A program made the translations under genes and the position numbers. The notes under the pieces are model-generated. The model had not been told where the DNA came from. It saw nothing but the letters and a program-made list of their open reading frames with translations, and made no database searches. A stretch of DNA of 56,397 nt, filler included, from Basidiobolus meristosporus CBS 931.73 (taxonomy: Eukaryota > Fungi > Basidiobolomycota), in assembly GCA_002104905.1 (NCBI GenBank). It is 3 parts of 3 records of this genome, joined end to end, with 100 filler letters (N's around TTAATTAATTAA, not from the genome) between each part and the next. Parts side by side here need not be neighbours in the genome. Positions count along the whole stretch, not along the records: positions 20,517 to 39,164 come from MCFE01001052.1; positions 39,265 to 56,397 come from MCFE01001101.1; 1 more part is not named here. One strand, given 5' to 3'. Below are positions 33,562 to 45,060 of the stretch, one piece after another. The number at the start of each line of letters is the position of its first letter. Within the stretch, counting starts at the first letter, position 1.

Positions 33562-36500
33562 TGTTATGATCTGCCGCTTGAATAATTAAGTTAGATCAGT
33601 TTTTAGTCAAATCAATTAGTATATGTTTAGGTTATCAGTACATCAGTATTATCTATGAAATCAGTAGTATTAGTCAGCAAATGAATCAGCAGATCCTTAT
33701 CAGACAGAAATAGATATATTAAGTAGGATCTTACTGGGTGATGATGATCCAATTAAATGAGTCATCAACCACAACCTACATTAGGAAATACAATTAGTCA
33801 GCAATTGATCTGGCAAAATGTATATAAGGAGCTGCTGGAACCTCAATAAATATCAGTTCAAGTTTTAGTGAATACTATACTAGCTAAACTCCCTATTCCT
33901 CTACAACTGTTATACCAAGACTTGTAACATTGGTAGCTGCAATAACCAGAAACCTCCCTCCTGAAGAAAGAAGAAACCACCCTCAAGATGTTGGACAATC
34001 AAGAATGGAAGAATGCTATGCAGCAAATCCTGGCCCAACAGCAACAGTTACACCAGATCCTCAGCCAACAGCAACAAGGAATGACTTCCATGGCTCAGAA
34101 CCAGCAAAGCCCTGTTAAGGGCAACTTTAGTGTGAAGGTCAACCGGTACCATGGCAGAGTCAATGAAAACCTGGGAACTTGGCTCTTTCAGATTGAAGAA
34201 GCTTTTAAAGCTAAAGGAATTGCTCCAGAAAGCAAGTTGCATTATGCAGCTTCTTACCTGGCAGATGCAGCTTTACAGTGGTACCACAACAAGATCAGGT
34301 CAGCCACTATGATGGGATGCTCTACAATCTCTACCTGGGATGAGTTTGTGTCGGAAATTCAGGATGCTTTTGAACCTCCACACCAACAGACACTACTAAG
34401 AAGGAAGTAAAAGACACTCAGACAGAAAGGAATGGTGCAAGAATACATCTATGAGTACAGATGTCTACTTGGACAAATTGAAAGAATGGACCCCTTGGAT
34501 CAAGTTGAATACTTTATTGATGAGTTGAAAGAAAGAACTTGCAAGGAAGTGAATTACCAAAGACCTCAGACAATTGAAGAAGCCATCAAGATTGCCATTG
34601 ACTATGACTCAGCTATGTTTGGAGTTGGGAAGCCTACAGTGACTAATCAGAAAGGCTACAATTGTTATGAAAGAAGACAGTCAGAAGCAGTACCAATGGA
34701 AATAGATGATATGCAGAAGAATCCTGCCTTGGAAGAATATAAGAAGAAAGGACTTTGCTTCAATTGCCACCAGCAATGACATATTGCAAAGCACTGCCCT
34801 CAGAGAAGAAATGGACACCAGCCATCAAGAACCTTTAACCTTATTGAGGCCATGGAGCATAGTAACATGAAGGATGAACTTGAAGAAGACTCAGAACTCA
34901 CCTTCCACATGACAGAAGAATACCTATCCCAGATGACCTCAAGCTCAGGAAAGCTATTATACTTGAATGGAGTAATCAATGGAGTACATGCCAAGATCAT
35001 GATTGACTCAGGAGCACCGCATGAATACATGTCAGAGCAATTTGCCTTGAAAGCTGGAATCAACTCAGAACCTACCATATCAACTTCAGTCTCCACAGCA
35101 GATGGGAACTCTCACATAATCAACCGTATTACCCAGCCAGTAAGAATGAAGATCAATGACTATGAAGAAGACCTACAGGCTTATATATTTGGGAACTGCA
35201 AGTTCGACCTTGTACTTGGAAAAACCTGGCTATTTTGTTGTAATCCATCAATCAATTGGAGAACCCATGCTACTCAGATCCAAAAAGACAACAAGACCTA
35301 TGAGCTATCACCTGCCAGGCTGGATTTCAACTTGGTCAATTCCGGTGTGTGTGAGACAAGTGAACTTAGCAAGACCCAGTTCTGTAGAGCACTTAGAAAA
35401 GGTACCAAGATGTTCCTCATGGCGGTATTACAGGAGGATTCCTCTACCCCAGCACCCCAGCAGGTCCAGACTCTCTTGAAGAAATATTCAGACGTGTTTC
35501 CAGATGAGCTTGTAAGCCTACCACCAGTCAGAGACGTGGATCATGCCATTGACACAGGAGATAGCCCTCCAGTGAGCAAGACACCTAGCAGAATGAGTCC
35601 ATTGGAATTGGAGGAAATGAAGAGACAAATTGATCAGCTATTGAAGCAAGGATATATCAGGCCCAGCAAGTCACCCTGGGGAGCACCAGTGCTTTTTGTG
35701 AAAAAGAAGGATGGAACACTTAGGATGTGCATTGACTACAGAGCCCTGAACTCAGTTACCGTCAAGAATAAGTACCCCATACCTTGGATTGATGAGCTTT
35801 TGGACCAACTTAATGGAGCCACTATATTCAGGAAGATTGATCTCATGTCAGGATACAACCAGATTAGAGTGAAGCCAGAAGACATCCCTAAGACAGCATT
35901 TAGGACCAGATATGGATATTACTAGTACTTAGTCATGAGTTTTGGCCTCACCAATGCCCTTGCAACTTTCATGACCCTGATGCAGACGGTCTTCCAGGAG
36001 TACTTAGACAAGTTTGTGACAATCTACCTGGATGACATATTGATATACAGCAAGACAGAAAAGGATCACATGGTGCACATTGAAAAGGTCTTGAAGAAAC
36101 TAAGGGAGAACAAGCTATATGGCAAGCTAGCCAAGTGTGAATTCTTCAAGGAACACGTTGAATACCTGGGACACATAGTCACTAGCACAGGAGTGACCTT
36201 AGACCCTAAGAAGGTCAAAGTTATCAAGAATTTGAAGCAGCCTCATAGCATATCAGAACTCAGATCATTCCTTGGAATGGTTTCCTATTATCGGAGATTT
36301 GTCAAGTCTTTTGCAAGTATTGCAGCCCCTTTAACTGATATCCTCAAGAAAGACAATAGCTACAAGTGGGACATAGCTTGTGAGACTGCCTTCCAGATGC
36401 TCAAGAATGAACTTGCTAAGCTGCCAAGCTTAAGAATACCAGACTTCAGCAAAGAGTTCACTCTGTGCAGAGATGCTTTAGATTATGCAATTTGTGGCAT

Positions 36501-38479
36501 GCTGAGCCAAGAACACAAGGGAAAGGACTACCCTGTTGCCTTTGAATCCAAGAAACTGAACTCAGCAGAACAAAACTATCCAGTCCATGAGAAGGAGATG
36601 CTTGCTATAATACACTGTTTGAAGACATGGAGATGCTATATTGAAGGAGTCAAATGCACTGTGAAGACTGATCATGCCTCCCTCAAGTATATATTTACTC
36701 AGAAGGTACTCTCTAGAAGAATGACAAGATGGAGTGAATACATTCAGCAATTTGACCTGGAGATTGTTTACTGCCCTGGAAAAAACAACACAGTTGCTGG
36801 TGCCTTATCAAGTTCAGATCAAGTTGCACAACTCAACTTGGTGCATGAATCAGATTGGCCTAGCCTATTACCAAAGTACTTGGAGGACCAAGCCATTCCT
36901 AATGAGGTGGATGAAGATATCAAGAAGATAATCCGTGATGAAGCCAGCAAATTTGTAGTACAGGATGAAACACTCTACCAAATTGTTGATGGAAGCCCTA
37001 TTGCCTATTGCCCTTATGTTTCTTGCCTGGATTTAATATATAAGCTACACAATGGATATGGACATCTTGGGATTGAAGGAACCTATAGTCTTGTGAAAGC
37101 CAGAGCATGGTGGCCCAGAATGAAACAAGATAAAGAGAAGCTAGTAAAAACATACCCAAACTGCCAAATCAATCAAGGCCAGCCACAAAGAATTGCCAAA
37201 CTCTTCCCTTTGGAGCCTGTAAGAACATTTGAGAGATGGGGAATTGACTTTATTGGAAGACTGCCAACTACCAGGAAATGCAACCGTTGGATCCTAGTAG
37301 CAATTGATCATGCCACTAAATGGCCAGTTGCTAAAGCTGTACCAATAGCCAGTGAACAAGAAGTTGCAAGTTTCATTTACCATGAGATCCTGATGAAGTT
37401 TGGATGCCCTGTGGAGATCTTATCTGATTGAGGAGCAAACTTTATGGCAAAGACATTAGAGGTTTACCTGGAAATGCAGCAGATCAGACACTTGAAAACC
37501 TTGGCATATCACCCCAGAACTAATGGAGTCACTGAGCGGTTTAATGGATTATTTGGAAAAATGCTCACCAAGTATGCAAATAGAGTTGTCAGTAGATGGG
37601 ATCAGTATATAGACCAAGCACTCTTTGCATGCAGAGTCAGAGTACACAACACCACCCAGCAATCACCATTTTACTTAGTGTATGGATGTGAACCAAGGAT
37701 TCCAGGAGATCTCACACAACCAAAGCTACAGACACCTTAGAAGATGAACTCAGTCAGCCAAGTAGACACCAGCAACTGGAACAAAGATGTCAAGAGGCAC
37801 AGACCAAAGTATCTCAAAGTGCAGAAAAGATGAAGCAGAGATTTGATAAGACTATAGCATCAGAAGCATTGACAGTTGGGAACTTTGTTTTGCTAAGAAA
37901 AAACACTTGGAAGAAGTTTGAGCCACAATGGACAGGACCATTCAAGATCATCAGAGAATGTCCATTTGCAACTTACCAACTGGTGGACAAACTAGGCAAT
38001 ATCCAGGAAGACTTAGTGCATAGGGACAGACTCAAGCTTGCAAAACTTGCTGATAATACTGAACCATCAAGATATTGGTATCACAAGAAAAGAGATTCAG
38101 GGGAACCCTCTCAACTTTGGTAGGGGAGAATGTTATGATCTGCCGCTTGAATGTTTAAGTTAGATCAGTTTTTAGTCAAATCAATTAGTATATCATTATT
38201 ATCTATGAAATCAGTAGCATTAGTCAGCAAATGAATCAGCAGATCCTTATCAGACAGAAATAGATATATTAAGTAGGATCTTACTGGGTGATGATGATCC
38301 AATTAAATGAGTCATCAACCACAACCTACATTAGGAAATACAATTAATCAGCAATTGATCTGGCAAAATGTATATAAGGAGCTGCTGGAACCTCAATAAA
38401 AATCAGTTCAAGTTTTAGTGAATACAATACTAGCTAAACTCCCTATTCCTCTACAACTCTTATACCAAGACTTGGAACA
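33562..38479 (+). mobile_element. Ty3/Gypsy LTR retrotransposon G, full-length, inactivated, no chromodomain seen
   Basis: LTRs 33562-33929 (368 bp) and 38131-38479 (349 bp, 19-nt internal deletion); PBS TGGTAGC at 33931; PPT AGGGGAGAA at 38122-38130. Confidence 0.95.
33988..38123 (+). pseudogene. Gypsy gag-pol, originally a single frame; premature stops at 34408, 34777, 35923, 37429 and 37738, plus a late frameshift
   Basis: CFNCHQQ*HIAKHC; MIDSGA; [19 protein letters not shown]; HEKEMLAII; HNGYGHLG...C, WGIDFIG, YHPRTNGVTER. Order is PR-RT-RH-IN. ORF starts 33988, 34432, 34852, 35935 and 37444 share one frame. Confidence 0.93.
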
Positions 38480-39164
38480 AATGTTTAAGTTAGATCACTT
38501 TTTAGTCAAATCAATTAGTATATGTTTAGGTTATCAGTATATCAGTATTATCTATGAAATCAGTGCATTAGTCAGCAAATGAATCAGCATATCCTCATCA
38601 GACAGAAATAGATATATTAAGTAGGATCTTATTAGGTGATGATGATGCAATCAAATGAGTCATCAACCACAACCTACATTAGGAAATACAATTAATCAGC
38701 AATTGATCTGGCAAAATGTATATAAGGAGCTGCTGGAACCTCAATAAAAATCAGTTCAAGTTTTAGTGAATACTATACTAGCTAAACTCCCTATTCCTCT
38801 ACAACTGTTATACCAAGACTTGTAACATTGGTAGCAGTGATAGCCAGAAACCTCCCTCCTGAAGAAAGAGAAACCACCCTCAAGATGGTTGGACAATCAA
38901 GAATGGAAGAATGCCATGCGGCAAATCCTGGCCCAACAGCAACAGGTTACGTCCAGAGTCCGCAGCCAACAGCAACAAGGAATGATTACCATGGCTCAGA
39001 GCCAGCAAAGCCCTGTCAAGAGCAACTTAGTGTGAAGGTCAACCGGTACCATGGCAGAGTCAATGAAAACCTGGGAACTTGGCTCTTTCAGATTGAAGAA
39101 GCTTTTAAAGCTAAAGGAATTGCTCCAGAAAGCAAGTTGCATTATGCAGCTTCTTACCTGGCAG
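38480..39164 (+). mobile_element. Second Gypsy copy in direct tandem: LTR lacking its first 19 nt (38480-38827), PBS, gag start; cut by the gap
   Basis: AATGTTTAAG (LTR position 20) follows the CA end of the G 3' LTR directly; TGGTAGCAG PBS; gag sequence near-identical to 34130-34264. Confidence 0.9.
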
Positions 39165-39264
39165 NNNNNNNNNNNNNNNNNNNNNNNNNNNNNNNNNNNN
39201 NNNNNNNNTTAATTAATTAANNNNNNNNNNNNNNNNNNNNNNNNNNNNNNNNNNNNNNNNNNNN
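39165..39264. other. Assembly gap with TTAATTAATTAA linker
   Basis: 44 N + linker (39209-39220) + 44 N. Confidence 0.97.
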
Positions 39265-39930
39265 TGCTTTCAACAATTTCCCTATACTGATGAATAAGTT
39301 GTCAATGGGTCATTTGAAGCTAAATGAGCCCTTTGAGATACCAGAGAAATCAGAAAGAATTGGCAAGATAATGCAGAGTATCTGCTACTCAAAGTGCTTC
39401 TCACTGGCTCCAATCAATATTAATATGCATTTGCAACAAAACAAGTGCAAGGACTGGATGATCTGGATATCTATTTATTCAAGTGGCCTTTAAAGCCATT
39501 TCTACCAAGATTACATTGGAAGCTTTGGGAATCATATGTTGACATCATAGGGATACTTATCCAGAAGCAGATCACCAATGCTAACTTAACGCATCCACAG
39601 CTTTTGTGCCAGGAGTTTGTGATGGGACTTGAGTGACTATGCTACAAACATAAAGCTGAACAGATTGATGTCTGCCCATTGTGCTTGGTTTCTGGAGAAT
39701 ATTGGGCCTTACTTCACCTTTGCGGAGTTTCCTATAGAGCAGATGTATGGCAAGATAGGAAGACAAGTCAGGTTGCAGGTACTACCATATCCCAATCTCT
39801 TCAAGAATATTACCATCAAGTCTGTCATGGATGTGATGAGTAGGTACATTAAGGACATTCCAGACGAGTTGGAAAATACTGAGGACAGATGTGCACATGG
39901 AGACATCTATGCCTATGGCATTAGGTAGTT
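39265..39930 (+). pseudogene. En/Spm (CACTA, Tnp2-like) transposase C-terminal relic
   Basis: Across frames: LKPFLPRLHWKLWESYVDIIGILIQKQIT...EFVMGLE*LCY and ENIGPY..FAEFPIEQMYGKIGRQV...PYPNL resemble the GP..w.FP.ER..G.l...P..Nl pattern of this family. Confidence 0.6.
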
Positions 39931-40444
39931 AAGCATCCCTAATGCATGGGTAATCAGTTAGGTAATGCAAAGTTGGGTTGAGTGCAACAAGCAATTAATT
40001 CATATTAGGAAAGATCTACCAAAGTATGCCGGGTTTCTCTTGGTCACAAGCTGGTTTTCTTACAATTTAATACGGATTTCACATAAACAAGAGCCAGTGC
40101 ACACCTATAAGGGAGACTATAATCCAGCATGAAGCAGGAATATATTGGCTAAGTACCAAAAAGTACCATATAAGGCAATTGGATGAACTGGCCAGCTAGG
40201 TCCATTCAAATAAATGTAGAGTGTATCAAAATTGTTATAACGCCATGCCACATTTGTCAAAAGACTCTCAAAACCACAACTAGTTTTTAACTTTATTTAG
40301 CAGAATAATTAGCAAAACACCATTGTGTTCCTGTCATAAGAATGTGTAGAGGATCATTAATTCCAAGCTGTTGGTATTATGAGAGTTTTGTGGTGGGATC
40401 CTGATTGCTGATCTGGATTGGATCCACCAGCAGGACCAAAAATT

Positions 40445-40850
40445 TTTCTTAGGGTGTGATGCATCCTAATTTCCAACAATCCTCTGATACATGAGTCAAG
40501 TCTGCTATATATTACTCACCTTTACTGAGCTCCAGATGGTTCCTTATCAGAGTACAGTGTCATGCCTACATCCTGCAAATGTTTCAATAAACCAGATGAT
40601 TTTACCCTCAATGTTTGACAATGCCTGAATTTCACACTTGATGCCTTGTATTCAGCATAATAACTGTGCCTCTGCCCTCTAGAAGATCTACTGAGCCTCA
40701 CTGTAAGAGTATACAAAATGCTCATGATATAGAGCTTATTGTTGAGCATTCTTAGATGTTGAAGTCTATTGGAGCTTATAGACTAATTCTCCTAGCTTGC
40801 TCTAAGTCATAAATACCTTCTGCAAGGTGGCTTTCCATTGCTGTCAGCTA
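40445..40850 (-). pseudogene. Second, more degraded copy of the DDE_Tnp_4 transposase core
   Basis: The reverse complement aligns with ~24860-25275 (GCTGACAGCAATGGA, GACTTAGAGCAAGCT, CTTCTAGAGGGCAGAGGCAC, CATTGAGGGTAA, GCAGACTT). Confidence 0.8.
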
Positions 40851-43023
40851 GGAATGCCTGCCTCACCAGAAACTTTGCCAAGTGTTACAATTCCAGAATG
40901 GCCACACATGTCAACCCAATCTATGCCAACCTACTTCAAAAGAGTACAGTACACCAAATTAGCATGTGCAAGTAACCTTGGGTGAATTGACTAATGCAAA
41001 CCTGCATATAAAAGAATGCATTGGTACACAACACTCCAGGTTGGTATGATGGCATCAACCAGTGCAATTTGGCATAGTCAAGCTACAGTTGTGTACTCAT
41101 CAGCCAATATGCAAAACACTGATCACTAGTACTTAAGTAGCAAAGTTAACAGTCAGGAAGGAAGTAGTTAGGTGTGCATAGTAAGTAGTTTCCAAATGCT
41201 TAATTGTTACTTCCAGCAAGAAAAAAAACTAGAGAAGATGATGTAATTAGGTTGAGTAGCAATGCTTTGTCATAATACAAGCAATGTAAATTCTTTTAGC
41301 AATCAAAATCTAAGTATTGCAAACCCAATATTAACATAATTAATTTAAAGGTAGTTGCGCACTTGAAACTAAACACCTCTAAATAAACACCCAGTAAAGC
41401 TAGTGGATCTATCATGCAGCTACCAAATTGGGTGCATGCCAGCTATGACATCTTGTCCAGTCACTATAATTAAGGCTTATTTGCTCCATACGCAAAACAT
41501 GATATTTCATGGCAAATCAGGTAGCTTCTGAATTTGCAACAAAGCCAATTGCAGGTATGCAGCATCATAATACATTTGGATGAAATAACCATGGACATAT
41601 CATCCAATCTGAATGATGGTTGCTAAAACAGTATGTTTCAGTGTAGCTTATAGTGTAATGCACACTTATTCTGACTTACAAGAAAGAAACATATCAAAAT
41701 ACCTCATTTTACCCACTTCAATTGTGGTATCTAATTGTATATTTGATGCAAACAACTCAAGTGGCATAATCATCCATGACAACCTCATGATGTCAGATTG
41801 TACCTAAGTGTGCAGGATTATCCCACAAAGTGCAGAACTTTAGGAACATTCCTATATACTGATAGCTAAATTGTCATGCCCAATTATTATCACTGATTGT
41901 AGATTGTGCCATACACCCTGGTATAGTGCAATGGAAAGGGTTTATTTTTTCAGAGTTCAAATGGTCTAATCTTGAAGAATCCAATTGCAAATGCAGAATA
42001 CGTAGCACTGTAAACAAAATAGCTATAACACTACACCATGACAGCTTAGGCATATTCAAACATAATTAGAAAGTATTAGATAGATGACTGCAAGCCTTGA
42101 GCTACTTCAATGGAGAGAAATGTTGAGTAGTCAGAAGTTAATCAAATTAGAAGTACTTCATATCACTTGAAAGTTAGTGCTTTCTCTATTACTTAACAGT
42201 GCTAGCATGATGTATACATGCACAGACACAAGTTAAATAGCATATATAGGGTGGGAGCTGTCAGCTAAAATCACCAATACCATTGCTCAGAACATATTGC
42301 AGCAGTTAGGCAAGTGCCAAGCTTTTTTACTAGTACTTGTTGATTCCACATAGAGTTTGCATTTAATCAGGCAATGACTTGCTGCATACTAATTTTGACA
42401 TCTGCAAGCACTGAATAAAAGAGTCAATAGTCCCACTGCCAAATCCATTCTGGTTTAACAATTAGCATCCTGCAATGAATATTGCAAGCTTGTATGGTAT
42501 TCCAAGGCTTTAATATGGTCACATCTATCTGATTGTACCTAGCAAGTTATTACTTAAAACTGCTTGCACAGAAAAAGCTCAACAATGATTTGATAACCAT
42601 AATGAGGGCATGTGTTGACCAAATCCTGGCAGAGTGTCTGTTGTGTGTCAATATTAAAAAACATAAATTTTCAATAAACTTGGGAATCTGGTGCCCTAAC
42701 TGATTTTCCCTAACCCACCCTAACTAGTCCAGCTTTGATTTATTTTATCACATCAGAGAATCTAGTTTCAAAATCAAGCTAAAGCCATCTATGTGCAAGC
42801 CCATATTTTATCTCTAACTTGCTAAATAGTTCTGATTGCGTTGGTTTAGGTGCCTTCTAGTAGCTTGTAGCTGTAATCAGGGTGTTTACATAAACAACCA
42901 GGGGATTACTCTCTTTGAGACTTGCTTTCTATATATATATGTAGAGTAACTTGTAATACTAGATTTAAGCCCAATATCTTCCAATTCAATGTTGATCAAA
43001 TTATTCCACACACTGGGTGTCTG

Positions 43024-45060
43024 TGTTGTAAGTCTTTATATAGAGTAGGGAAACAGGGAGTTTAGCAAACATTGCTTACAACTTGAAGTAATTTTGATAA
43101 GGTTCCAGCAGCTGCTTATATAGTGTATGACAGATCATGAGCTGACTAATTGTGCTTTCTCAAGTTGACAGTGGCTAAAGACTATATTTATAGCATTGTC
43201 ATCCACAGTAATATCCTACTTTGTGCATTTATTTCTGTCTGATAACAATATGCTGATTTAGCTACTGACTATTATTACTAACTTGATAGAAAACACTGAT
43301 ACACCAATATGATATTGACAGATTCATAGCAATATAGCTAGAGACTAATCTAACATCAGCATTCAAGTTGTATATCGTAGTATTTTACACTAAAAAAGCC
43401 TGGTGACTCTGCTGAATATTTTCTCTTATGATTCCAGAAACTTAATGGTTCTCCATTATCACTAAGTCTTGTGACCTAAGTCACCCCCTAAGAATCTAAT
43501 CTTTGCAGATATTCCCTTGCTTGTCCACTGGTTGCTAGGTTGAAAAGGAGCACTCTTGGCTCATTTTATAGGGTCCTGCCCATTGAGCACCCACTTCTTC
43601 TAAGTACTCTTTTGTGTTATACACATATTGCAACTGTCAGTGCTTCTGATAAAATAGTTTTACCAAATCCCTGCTGAATGCTTACTTGTTGTTTGCACAC
43701 TTTGGCCTAGATCTTTTGAAACCTTTGCCCCAGTTAATGATGCTAAGTTAGCTGACTGAGCCAATATTGAAAGGTGTCAGTAAGCATTGGCAAATTCATT
43801 TGCATACTGCTCTGCATTATCACAATAGTCCATTAAACAGCTCAGCGGCTACATTGGCTTTAGGGTGAAATGCCAAAGTTTACCATTACTTGTTCTGAGG
43901 CATTGCCAGATTCAGATACAATGTCCTTTCCAAAAAGTTAAATGTTCTGACTTCATCCTGTCATTCTTCCAAGTAGTTCCCTTTCAGTCAGTATGCACAA
44001 GAGTTAGGCATGATCAGTTTTCTCAGTACACTTGATGCCTTCAATGTAGCATCCCCATATCCTTAAGCAGGCGTATTACACCAAGCATCTGCTTCTCACG
44101 CACAGGTCAGTACTTGTCTGCTGACTTTAGTTTCTTGGATTCAAATGCATCAGGCAAATCATATCCTTTGCATTCTTGGCTTAGCATTGGCCCAATATTC
44201 TATCAGGGTGTCTGAGGAAAGAGTGAATATGCTTCTTAAGTTGGGTATGCTTAGGCCTAGTAGCTTTGCACAATAATCATTGGCGTCTGAGAGGCAGTTT
44301 CAAATGCACTATTGCACTTGTGAGTATTGTCCTTTTCACAAATATCAGCTAAAGGGACAGCAGTAGTAGCAAAGAACCAGACATATTGTCAACACTAGGA
44401 ACTCATTGCAGGAATTATCTGAGCTCTGAGAACACGTTAGGCTACTTTATATTTGTGGTAAACTTAGCTTTCTTTGGGTCTTTGATCACCTCTGTGCAAG
44501 TTGCTGTGAGTCTAATTATATAATATGTACCTAGAAGAACTTGCACTTGGCTGACATGCCTTACAGCTTGCTATCTCCAGGCCTTTGGGTCTTTCTGCAT
44601 AATCATGATCTTGATACAAACTGGTTCAGTTGTTTGCTTGGTACTGAGAGTTCCTGTTAGCTGATGAGACTGAAGTTGGGTTGGGGGGTCTGAGTCAGCT
44701 TCTGCATCAAAGGCAGTCCAGCCCAGTAAATTTGATATGATACTTTGGAATCAATTACAAACATGGCTGGTACCTGATTGAATGTTCCATTGATGTATTC
44801 ACTTTTCATCAAGTTGGAGTCATTTGGCATCTACCTTCATAGGCACAGCTTGTGATAGCCTTCTTTTATAGTAATTTTGGCCACACTGATTGGTTGTTGC
44901 AGTCTTCCAGTATAGAACAAGCTGAGTTATAGTGAACAAGTATTTTGATGGCTTTGTCGAAAGTGCTAAGGTATTATTTGAAAGATGCTGAATACTTTTA
45001 TAAGCTTTGATAGTACTATCCACCCAAGCAATCTGCAATAAATGGGGTAATTACAATTTC
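43024..45060 (-). mobile_element. Old, internally deleted copy of the Gypsy G family: 3' LTR ~43024-43383, then IN, RH, RT end and gag
   Basis: The LTR aligns with 55849-56217. The reverse complement has TTTGAATCCAAGAAACT...CAGCAG (RH), CTGAGC.GTTTAATGGA (IN) and SQAVPMKVD (gag EAVPMEID). Confidence 0.75.

Noticed and set aside
37830-38123. Chromodomain at the Gypsy integrase C-terminus
   Set aside because: The ORF ends RYWYHKKRDSGEPSQLW directly before the PPT, with no chromodomain signature.
42613-43010. Possible additional solo LTR (TGTTG start, TATATATA, ends CA)
   Set aside because: No second copy, no clear terminal inverted repeat and no TSD.
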